Below, piece by piece: positions 10,366-18,572 of a stretch of DNA of 64,000 bases. Location of the stretch: positions 224,001 to 288,000 of the forward strand of contig CBDDDZ010000005.1 in assembly GCA_965226795.1 (NCBI GenBank). The letters are read 5' to 3'. Position numbers and translations under genes: made by a program. The stretch's first letter is position 1. Each line of letters begins with the position of its first letter. The stretch comes from Candidatus Latescibacterota bacterium (GTDB lineage Bacteria > Latescibacterota > UBA2968 > GCA-2709665). The notes beneath the pieces were generated by a model. It was not told the DNA's origin. It saw only the letters and a program-made list of their open reading frames with translations, and ran no database searches.

Positions 10366-10374
10366 CTTTCGGTT

Positions 10375-11016
10375 TCATGGATCTGCCCGTTTTCTGAGAT
10401 GGTAAGCCTGATTAATACATGCAATTGTCATGTTTAGCTGCTTTATTCGCCAATCAATCAATGCCACCCCCGTATAAAGGCTTGTCGAGCCGTTGAGGAT
10501 GCGGGTGTGAAGGTGGGGCAGACATTCCTGTCTGCCCTTCTCAATGTCCTTACTGCCGGAATGCAGGCAGTTCGACTCCCCCTCTCCTCGCAGGAGAGGG
10601 GGTGGCGCGCCACAGAAGAATGGCTTGCGCCGTCCTTTTTCCAGTGGAGGAGATGGCGGCGAGTCGTAGCGTGCCCGGACACAGGATTCTGAGGTTTCGG
10701 TTTGCTGTATGTGAGCCGACAGGAATGTCTGCTCCACCTTCTTAAGTTTTGGTTCGAGGTATCGCTTGAGTGCGTGAACCATCCGAGATAAATCGCCTGT
10801 ACTTGCTTCCACTTTCCGTAGCAGCAACGTGTCACTGTCCCCTGTCTGCGTGAGGTGACACACAGCCAGGATGGTCAGGACGCCCTCGTCGAAGGCGCCT
10901 TTCACATTCTTGCCGCATTGACTTGCAAGATAGACCCTGTCACAATTATCTAGAACATCCACCGTAGTTTGATCCCAATTCATTGTTATAACATTACTTG
11001 CGTCACCATAATACAA
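10375..11016 (-). CDS. Hypothetical ORF; 3' half reads through REP sequences, possibly a pseudogene or spurious
   Basis: Open frame downstream of the nuclease-nitrilase gene; no recognisable motif. Confidence 0.2.
   Translation of the reverse strand: MYYGDASNVITMNWDQTTVDVLDNCDRVYLASQCGKNVKGAFDEGVLTILAVCHLTQTGDSDTLLLRKVEASTGDLSRMVHALKRYLEPKLKKVEQTFLSAHIQQTETSESCVRARYDSPPSPPLEKGRRKPFFCGAPPPLLRGEGESNCLHSGSKDIEKGRQECLPHLHTRILNGSTSLYTGVALIDWRIKQLNMTIACINQAYHLRKRADP
10512..10738. repeat. REP-like palindrome cluster
   Basis: GGTGGGGCAGACATTCCTGTCTGCCC (10512-10537), an inverted near-copy at 10713-10738, and CCCCCTCTCCT-CGC-AGGAGAGGGGG at 10578-10602. Confidence 0.75.
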
Positions 11017-11058
11017 TGACTTGGGTAGGGGAACTACCTTCTCAATGACTTATTCAGG

Positions 11059-13374
11059 TTAAGTAAGCGTTCTATAGCGATCCAATGCCTCTGCCCTCAT
11101 GTCGCGGGAAACACATGCTGTGACCATCTTGAACGCACTATCCAGACCCCACGCATATCCCAAGTCCACAATTGCTTCCCCGGATGCTTCAATCGTCCTC
11201 CGAGTGGGAACTTTATTACTATTGGAAAGCTCGACCAGTTCATGAATACGGTTACGGTCCGAAATCAGGATTGGCGCACAGCATTCAATTGTTCTGCCCA
11301 ACATGAGCGTTGCGAGGCGCGCCGAATCCGTAGGAAGGTCGTCCCACACATTCCAAATGATCGGTTTGCTGTTTGCCTTTTTCGCTCGATCTATAACGCG
11401 AAAACACTCAGCTGCATCGAGCATCCGTTCATTTTGCACAACACCCACGTACACTGATCCGCGATCGGTCTCCACATCACACCCGGGCACCTCCACGGTG
11501 CACCAACCCGTCCGACTTAAAAATGCCGGTTGTTCGTCGACTATTCCAACACGGATAGGCTGTTTTGCATTCGGGTTAGGGGGTTTCTTTGGTCTTGATG
11601 TCGAGAGGTTATCTGCTCGTGGAACCCGATTCCAATCTAATCCTCCTTCAGGCAGCCGCATGTCGAGTTCCACGACGTAGATCGAATCTGACTCTTTGCA
11701 CTCAGAAAGCGGCCGCGACTTCTTGATACCCGCTTGCCTTGCTGAGAGCTCTCTTCCATCGGGAGAAAACGCAAACGGATGAGTTGGGGCACGCCTTTGA
11801 CTACTGTCGTGCAGCGTACATAAAGAGAAGAAACGATTTTCTACCGCTCTTAGGCGAAGGATTGATGACCATTTGATGTCAACGACGTTGTCGTAACTTG
11901 GATTGATCCATATCCGGGCGCCGCGCCTTGCGAGAAATCGGGGCAGCAGGCCCAGATATTGGTCGTGGCAAATGGTCGCGCCAGCCCTCACGCCACTCAA
12001 GTCGAAGGTTGGTAGCGCATTGCTTGCTTGCCAATCCTGAAATTCAAAGGCGACGGTCTTTTCTGTGGAGTGTTTCGTGTACAAACGTGACACTGTTTCA
12101 TCAGGATCTATACGTAAAAGGATCTGGCGGGTGCGTCCGATCGAATCGTCACTATGGTCGGTCGCGCCGACAAGCAATGGCGCATCCAGATCCGCAGCGA
12201 GTTTCTTCAGTAAGTTGATACGTTTGGAATCGGTCGCGTTAATGTATTCTTCCGGAAAGAGAACAAAGTCTACGCTTTCGCCTGCAAAGGATGCGTGGGT
12301 GGGTATGACGGGCTTCTGGGCATTATCTCCAAGAGGTACGATTCCGAGTAGCGCACTATGGTTTACCCGAGGAAACACGAGTGCCGCTCGCAGTACAGAA
12401 GTCGTTCGAGCAGCGGAGTTATGCCTTTTAGCCATCGTTTGGCTTGTTCTTAAGGGCTTCTGAGTTGAACTGTGAATGCCGATAAAAGCGGAGAATCGCT
12501 GCCGGTCGTTGTTGCTGTCGGGGTCGAGCGAACACCAGACCATATCGCGGGCGTACAGTCTAACTGTCGGCTGAAGTCCCTCTATCGACGGCACGAGATC
12601 CCGCAATGCGTCATACCATGCCCGTTGTTCGTCACGAAATGGGGGATCGTTGTCCTTTGCATCGTGGCGCTCACAGTGTGAGATCCATTGCTTTCCGGAA
12701 AAACCCAAGGCCAGGTCGTCCGGGTACGCGTGAAGGGTCAGTTTTCGCGGCGTCGTGAAGTGTTGTCGCTCATCGAACTCCAGGATAAATCCGGGGTCGG
12801 GTAACCAAAAGTCGCACGCGGCCAGCGTTTCGGTTCTCACGAAATCCTTAAGGGCAAAGCCACGGTATTTCTCTAGAATTGCTGCGAGTTCCCGCAGTGT
12901 CGAGTAGATCTGCGTTCCGGCGTATGAGGAAAGATGAGTTGGCCAGTCAAACCTGTGGTTCGCCAGGCATTTTCCGTAGATTCGTACGAGAAGCTCGCGG
13001 ACCCGCGCCTTACAGTCAGGACAATGCTCAGAGTGACGTTCTTGCTGTATCACGAACTTCCTCTTTCTGGTTCGATTAGCACGCCGAGTGAGAGTCTTGG
13101 CGCGATAACCACCTCCGCAATTGCAATCAGCTATTTCGAAGCCACGTTTACTCAGAAAGCCGTTGGACTCACCGCCGCCAGAGAATTCGTACGAAGGGAG
13201 AAACCGACCCGTTGCTATCTGATGAGCCAATGCAACGGTGTACTTCGGCGGGTAATGACAGCCATCATTAACCAGGCAGTAATACCGCCCCTTCCTACGC
13301 GGTGGAACACCCTCACGCCTGATACGACAAATCGCTTCGACCAAGTGCTCGCTTGTAATGCATGACGGTATCAT
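11059..13374 (-). CDS. Multidomain protein: ScoMcrA/McrB-like N-domain, PD-(D/E)XK-like nuclease, carbon-nitrogen hydrolase (nitrilase)
   Basis: YPPKY..FSGG.E.N.FL..RGF; CDF..LEFDERQHF and RDEQRAWYD; FPEEY, YTKH, ICHD, RAVEN. Confidence 0.78.
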   Translation of the reverse strand: MIPSCITSEHLVEAICRIRREGVPPRRKGRYYCLVNDGCHYPPKYTVALAHQIATGRFLPSYEFSGGGESNGFLSKRGFEIADCNCGGGYRAKTLTRRANRTRKRKFVIQQERHSEHCPDCKARVRELLVRIYGKCLANHRFDWPTHLSSYAGTQIYSTLRELAAILEKYRGFALKDFVRTETLAACDFWLPDPGFILEFDERQHFTTPRKLTLHAYPDDLALGFSGKQWISHCERHDAKDNDPPFRDEQRAWYDALRDLVPSIEGLQPTVRLYARDMVWCSLDPDSNNDRQRFSAFIGIHSSTQKPLRTSQTMAKRHNSAARTTSVLRAALVFPRVNHSALLGIVPLGDNAQKPVIPTHASFAGESVDFVLFPEEYINATDSKRINLLKKLAADLDAPLLVGATDHSDDSIGRTRQILLRIDPDETVSRLYTKHSTEKTVAFEFQDWQASNALPTFDLSGVRAGATICHDQYLGLLPRFLARRGARIWINPSYDNVVDIKWSSILRLRAVENRFFSLCTLHDSSQRRAPTHPFAFSPDGRELSARQAGIKKSRPLSECKESDSIYVVELDMRLPEGGLDWNRVPRADNLSTSRPKKPPNPNAKQPIRVGIVDEQPAFLSRTGWCTVEVPGCDVETDRGSVYVGVVQNERMLDAAECFRVIDRAKKANSKPIIWNVWDDLPTDSARLATLMLGRTIECCAPILISDRNRIHELVELSNSNKVPTRRTIEASGEAIVDLGYAWGLDSAFKMVTACVSRDMRAEALDRYRTLT

Positions 13375-13538
13375 GGTTTTTCTTTGTGCGTTAATTTCCG
13401 AAGTGGGCTTTGAGTCTGCTTTGTGCTGAAAGTTGAGTCGAAGGTTTCCAACTTACATCCCTGCTGATTGGTCAGCCGTCTGCGGCCTCGGTGAACGGAG
13501 ACTTGTCATACGCTTCGTCGTGGACCTCCACTTACGAG

Positions 13539-14357
13539 CTATGATTCTTGAGTACTGTACCGAATCTCGTGGTAGTCGTAATCGCTCGTAATCGGCACGG
13601 GCTTCCCCTCCAGAAACGCCCATCTCCCCACGTCGCATGCCGATGCCCGGACGAATCCGTTAATGTACGATCGCCGGGGCAGGTCCGTCGCATTCGGCGA
13701 TGAGCCGTGAACCGTATACGACGTAAACATCAACACGTCTCCCGGCATGGCCTCGCAGGGCACGGCCGAGGAGACAGCCACCTGCGCTTCGACACTCCCT
13801 TTCGCGTACCGTTTCGCCTTCAAATCGCCCAGTTTATGGCTCTCTGGCACGACGTGCAGGCATCCGCTCGCGACGGTCGCCTCGTCCACCACGATAATGG
13901 TCTGCACATAATTGTTCACCTGATCGCGAAACGCGGGCGTGGGACGGACGTCCTGGTGCCACGGAAATTCGATTTTCCCGCCCGGCATCTTGAAGTTGAT
14001 CTGATTGATAAACTGCTTCAGTGTCGTTCCGATCAACGGGTCCAAAAGGGCGGGAAATTTGGTACTATTGCGGATCTCCTCGAACGCCGGATGAATCAGT
14101 GCCGGCCACTGGACCTTTCGAAGATAGCGTACGGCTTTTGGTCCCGCCATCGGTCCGGGGGTCTGCAGGTGAACGTGCACGTCGTTCCGCCTGCCCTTGA
14201 GAATTTCATCCGGAAGATCCGTCCGCGATGCCAGTTCCAGGATGTAGTCGTAGCCTTCGCGCAGGCGCGCAATCTCATCGCCGCCGAATACGCCGCGCGC
14301 CACGTGGTATCCCTGTTCCCGGAAGGCTTCGACGTCTTTCTTGCTGAGAGTTTTCAT
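13539..14357 (-). CDS. Phytanoyl-CoA dioxygenase (PhyH) family Fe(II)/2-oxoglutarate oxygenase
   Basis: FREQGY, PWHQD, GCLHVVPESH, HGSSPN..RR. Confidence 0.9.
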   Translation of the reverse strand: MKTLSKKDVEAFREQGYHVARGVFGGDEIARLREGYDYILELASRTDLPDEILKGRRNDVHVHLQTPGPMAGPKAVRYLRKVQWPALIHPAFEEIRNSTKFPALLDPLIGTTLKQFINQINFKMPGGKIEFPWHQDVRPTPAFRDQVNNYVQTIIVVDEATVASGCLHVVPESHKLGDLKAKRYAKGSVEAQVAVSSAVPCEAMPGDVLMFTSYTVHGSSPNATDLPRRSYINGFVRASACDVGRWAFLEGKPVPITSDYDYHEIRYSTQES

Positions 14358-14557
14358 AGGGCATCTTTCCAGAGTTTACCGGCAATCCCGTATCCTTAAA
14401 GAGCCTCGTGTTCCGCCGTTTTTCGATGGCGTGAGAGTTCGTGCGACCTCCTGGCCGCGATCGAGCCGTGTACTCCGGTATGCTATCCGCAACCACCGTG
14501 CGCCCTGTGCATTCGCGTTTGAGGGTCCGGTACGTCGTGATTCAATTCACCAGCGTT

Positions 14558-15367
14558 CTATTCCAGGTCCGGAAGATCCCTCTGGTCCAGGTTAAGCCTG
14601 ATGGAGCGCGGTTGACGTGGAACCCTGGAGACAAATCCCAGCTGTTCCAATCTCTTGAGCATGCTATTTACGGTTGGAGGAGTTACGGCGAAATAACGCT
14701 GGATATCGGCCTGGGCCGGCGGAATGCCGTTCACCTTGGTGTAGTAATGGATAAAGGCCAGATATTGACCTTGCCTGTAAGTAAAGGATACGGTCTCCAC
14801 GTAATCGCCGATTTCGTCACTATCGAACTGGGCCAGGGTCTGATTGACAAGATCAATAGGGAAGGTTTCGGGATCGAAATTGCCCCCAAGCCAGTCGATT
14901 GTCGAGGAATGCTCCGGGTGATCGCTGTCCCCCAGGGCCTCCAGGAACTCCTTATATCCCGAGATACCGCCTGCATTCTCTGGCGGGCACGAACGCTCAC
15001 CCGCCAGACACGTAGCGTGGAATACCTCCGATTCCGGCTCTTTGATTGCTTCCACTTTCACCAGGTGTTTCCAACTGTCTCCAAAATCGTATTCGTAGAG
15101 AAATTCGACGCCGGTGAATGGTGCAACACGCTCCAGCTGGTATCCCTCTTCATCCAGCGTCTCCTCGCCCCAATCGTCGAGATCCGGATTGCATATGCCG
15201 AAGCGGGAGTCTGCTATGCGAAACTCGTGGAGATGGGAGTTCGTCCATCCCATCACGATTTGAATTATCAAATGGAGGTCGGCCAGGGAGCACTCGCCGT
15301 CAACATCGATGCGTCTCCATATCGGTGGCTCGATGTTCAGCAGGGTGATCTTGAGTTGGTAGATCAT
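14558..15367 (-). CDS. pRiA4b ORF-3 family protein fused to a C-terminal LexA/MarR-like winged HTH
   Basis: IYQLKITL..PPIWRR, HLHEF, YEYDFGDSW, CPPEN.GG; then FTYRQGQYLAFI..PPAQADI..TPPTV..RSIRL. ATG at 15367 has an RBS. Confidence 0.85.
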   Translation of the reverse strand: MIYQLKITLLNIEPPIWRRIDVDGECSLADLHLIIQIVMGWTNSHLHEFRIADSRFGICNPDLDDWGEETLDEEGYQLERVAPFTGVEFLYEYDFGDSWKHLVKVEAIKEPESEVFHATCLAGERSCPPENAGGISGYKEFLEALGDSDHPEHSSTIDWLGGNFDPETFPIDLVNQTLAQFDSDEIGDYVETVSFTYRQGQYLAFIHYYTKVNGIPPAQADIQRYFAVTPPTVNSMLKRLEQLGFVSRVPRQPRSIRLNLDQRDLPDLE

Positions 15368-15468
15368 GGCTTTCCTTCCGCTTTTTTCAGCCACTGGATG
15401 CGCCCGCCCTTTGTTGTCGGATAAGGAAGACAGCGTCACCGAATGTGGGCGTATCCGAACGCAGGTTT

Positions 15469-15966
15469 CTATTTCCGGCCTTCCAGGTTCTGCCGGATTC
15501 TGGCTGTCATCGCGTGTATCTGTTCGGACGTGAGATGCGTGGGCGTAACCGTGTCGAAGCGGACGCCCTCTGCTCGCGCGATGTGCGGAGGGAATTTGCC
15601 CTGCGCTGTCGTCGTTTTCCACTGCGGCACCACGTGCAGGTGGAAATGCGGGACTTCCTGGAGGCTGGCGACGCCGTTATTCTGGTAGATCAGCAAACCC
15701 TCCGCATTCACCGCGGTTGACAGCGCCCTGCCCACCCGGCGGGCGACATCTAGCACCTGGATCATTTCAGATTCGGTGAGATCGAACACGGTTGGTGCGT
15801 GCCGCTTTGGCGCAATCAGGCATTGTCCCTTCAGGAACTGCCTGCTGTTCACCCGTGCAATGGTGCCATCCGTTTCTTCCACAAAATCATCGGGTTTACC
15901 GTTGCGCACGACTTCGCAGAAGAAACACGGATCCTGTTCCGGAAGTTCGAAACCGTCAAAGCTCAC
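15469..15966 (-). CDS. HIT-family protein
   Basis: CFFC, LIAPKRH, QNNG..QEVPHFHLHVVP. GTG start chosen from the GAAAGG RBS. Confidence 0.85.
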   Translation of the reverse strand: MSFDGFELPEQDPCFFCEVVRNGKPDDFVEETDGTIARVNSRQFLKGQCLIAPKRHAPTVFDLTESEMIQVLDVARRVGRALSTAVNAEGLLIYQNNGVASLQEVPHFHLHVVPQWKTTTAQGKFPPHIARAEGVRFDTVTPTHLTSEQIHAMTARIRQNLEGRK

Positions 15967-16087
15967 GGGATGGATTACCCTTTCGTCGGCGTACAGCGGG
16001 GCGGCTGCCGGCCGAATCGGGCTACGTGGTGCTGGCGTGATCGTCGCAAATCGCAACAGCGCCACACGGCAAACGCATGTGAGATCA

Positions 16088-16258
16088 TCACCGCTTCCTG
16101 GCGACGAACAGACCGGGTCGCTTCACAATACGAACCGCTCCCTTTCGGCGATCTCCCTATCCGCGATTTTTCGCAGTTCGCACAACTCCTGAGCGCTGAG
16201 GCGTTTAAATGACGCGAAATAAGCCACCAATGGCGCGGATTCCGAGACGTGCAGAGCG
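16088..16258 (-). pseudogene. C-terminal gene remnant, probably a class I SAM methyltransferase
   Basis: Manual translation gives LHVSESAPLVAYFAS..LRKIADREIAER, then after a frameshift near 16141 GAVRIVKRPGLFVARKR*. No start codon. Confidence 0.4.
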
Positions 16259-16263
16259 GTCGT

Positions 16264-18498
16264 TTATGGTCCCGGCGGCGCGTAATCCACAAAAATGGGA
16301 CTGGACCAGGCCATTTCCATGTCGGTTTGCGCCACCCGCACCCAGTAGGGGTTCACGCCCGGCACGGGCGAGGGGTCGGTGAAGGTGAATTCGGCGGTAT
16401 CCGTCGCGGATTGTTCGGGCGCGAGGGAGACAGTGACCTTTCGCCCGAGAAGGCCGATGCCTATCTCCATGGGCTGTTCGCGAAGCTCCCGGAGGCTAAC
16501 GCTCAGGCTTACTCTTTCGGCGGGGGCGTAGGATATCCGCCTGGGTCCTGTTTCGCCGTGGCCGCCGTAGGTGGGGCCTGCAATGAGCGAGGTGTGGATC
16601 GCAAGCCGGAGTTCGGCGTCCGGGCCCGCATTCAGGTCCAGGATCACGCCGCTCCGGTACCCACAGGTTACCGAGTGCCAGCGCAGGCTGCTTTCGCCGC
16701 GTTCCAGAATGTCGGAGCGCGGGCTGTCGAAGCGGAGCTTTTCAACCGCCGTGATCTTGGCGCCGTCCAGATTCAGGGTCCCATCCCAGATAACGCCCGA
16801 GTAGCTGCTTTTTCGACTCGCGCCTTCCCATAAGATGCGGACCCGGTTACGGGCGGGCGCCACAGTGAGGGGGTGCGTGTGGAGGGTTTCCAGCCCGCGG
16901 AAGAGCTCCACGGATTCCAGGGGCGCGGTACCGATGACGGACACCGAGATCCGGGGCGGGGAGTCGGTTATGGGTTCACTACCCATCGGGTGGCCGTCCA
17001 TTTCCGTGTGCAGAACGATCCGTGCGCCAGTGGTGGCATAGCATCGGCGGGCCTTCAGGGCTTCCAGAAGGGCTTCCAGGCTCACCTCGGTGGCGTAAAC
17101 GGCCGCAAGCCCCGCCTTTGCGTAGCGCCGGTGCTGGTGGCCGGGACGGTCGTCGCCTGGCCTTCCCGTGTGGCTGTCGCTGCCGCCGAAGAAGCCGAGT
17201 TTGTAACCGTGTTCCAGGGTTTCCCGTAGGAACCACTCGAAGCTGCCGTGGGTCGAGGTGACTTCCACGGCCGGTTCCAGCCCGGGATCGTGGTGGTTGA
17301 GGTCTGAGTGTTCACCGCCAACGTGGGGGGTGATGACGGTGTCCGTGCCGCGGTAGGTCCGATACAGGTTCGTGATGTGATGAATGTCCGTGCCGATATC
17401 CGAACGGTCCTGCAGGGCCAGGTGACTCGACCGGCGAATGGGTTGATTGTGCCGCCGAAAGTAGACATTGTGGTGGCCGCCCTCTTCAGTCCTGGGAGAC
17501 CATTCGAATCCCGGGATGGCAATAAACCGTCCGGGCTGGTAAAATTCCCGTTCAGCCCGCTGCTGGATTTCCCAGTCGGATTTTGAGACGGCGTGGTCGT
17601 TGCGCTGGTAGCTGGCGAACTGGATGGCGGCCACGTCCCGGGCGTAGCGAAAGAAGCCGGAAATCTTCTCGGCAAGGGCCACCTGGCCCCCGTGGTAGTC
17701 ACCCCAATAAAGGCCGTAGGGTTCGGGTTGATCCCTGCAGACGACAGGATTGCTCTGTGCCTCCAATCCGGACCCGGTGTCCGTTGCGGTGATTCTGTAA
17801 ACGCCGGGCCGTGAAGGGGTGCATTCCTCGATCCAGCGAACGCCGTTGTCTTCGCGCTGGAAGATGAGGGATTGTTCGGCGAGTTTCACGCCGTCCCCGA
17901 TGAGTTCCACGCTTCCCGCGTATTCGGCGGACGGGTTTCCCCAGGCGTCTTCGGCTTTGACCATCAGGCGAAACGGGTCTCCGACAGTCGCGGTTGACGG
18001 CGCGACAACGACCAGCCGGACCGCGGGTCCGCCCACGATGGAAACACAGGGCGAGTCCGTCAGTTCGGTGCAGGCGCCGCTGGCGTTCGTGTCCACAGCG
18101 ACCCGGAAATAGCGCTTCGCCTCCATGAAGGTCTGTGCGCGGGAGCCCGGCCCGCCGCCGCTGCGGTCCCCATAGACGAGGATGACCTTCTCACCGGGCA
18201 TGAGTCCGCGTCCATGCACGAGCAGGACCATGGATGTGACACTCTGATTCAGGATGCCCACGTGTACTCCTGGCGGCGCTTCAACCGTCATATAGTCTGC
18301 GCCGGCGGGCTCCTGAAACTGGGGAATTTCCCAGTCGGTGTCCGAGTCGGTGTAGACCCTGATGCGTCCGCCGGGCGCCACCCCTTCCAAGCCCGCCGTG
18401 TAGGCGAGTTTCCAGGTCCCGTAGCTACCGGCAACGATCTCGCCGTCCGGGTCGAGGGTGGCAAGGCCGAATCTTTCGGGATCTGCTGCAATCGTCAT
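16264..18498 (-). CDS. DUF3604-like protein (PHP-fold metal-dependent hydrolase)
   Basis: LYWGDYHG, GFEWS, HHNV, PHVGG, GGSDSHTGRPG, RRCYATTG, AWSSPIFV. Confidence 0.82.
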   Translation of the reverse strand: MTIAADPERFGLATLDPDGEIVAGSYGTWKLAYTAGLEGVAPGGRIRVYTDSDTDWEIPQFQEPAGADYMTVEAPPGVHVGILNQSVTSMVLLVHGRGLMPGEKVILVYGDRSGGGPGSRAQTFMEAKRYFRVAVDTNASGACTELTDSPCVSIVGGPAVRLVVVAPSTATVGDPFRLMVKAEDAWGNPSAEYAGSVELIGDGVKLAEQSLIFQREDNGVRWIEECTPSRPGVYRITATDTGSGLEAQSNPVVCRDQPEPYGLYWGDYHGGQVALAEKISGFFRYARDVAAIQFASYQRNDHAVSKSDWEIQQRAEREFYQPGRFIAIPGFEWSPRTEEGGHHNVYFRRHNQPIRRSSHLALQDRSDIGTDIHHITNLYRTYRGTDTVITPHVGGEHSDLNHHDPGLEPAVEVTSTHGSFEWFLRETLEHGYKLGFFGGSDSHTGRPGDDRPGHQHRRYAKAGLAAVYATEVSLEALLEALKARRCYATTGARIVLHTEMDGHPMGSEPITDSPPRISVSVIGTAPLESVELFRGLETLHTHPLTVAPARNRVRILWEGASRKSSYSGVIWDGTLNLDGAKITAVEKLRFDSPRSDILERGESSLRWHSVTCGYRSGVILDLNAGPDAELRLAIHTSLIAGPTYGGHGETGPRRISYAPAERVSLSVSLRELREQPMEIGIGLLGRKVTVSLAPEQSATDTAEFTFTDPSPVPGVNPYWVRVAQTDMEMAWSSPIFVDYAPPGP

Positions 18499-18572
18499 AG
18501 GGCATTCTCTTTGTGCCTGCGATGATATCCTATTCGAAGTAAGGTCGGCGAAACCGACTTTCCTTCTGCTGT

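Noticed and set aside
14441..15424. 327-aa plus-strand ORF
   Set aside because: Antisense to the motif-supported pRiA4b/HTH gene.
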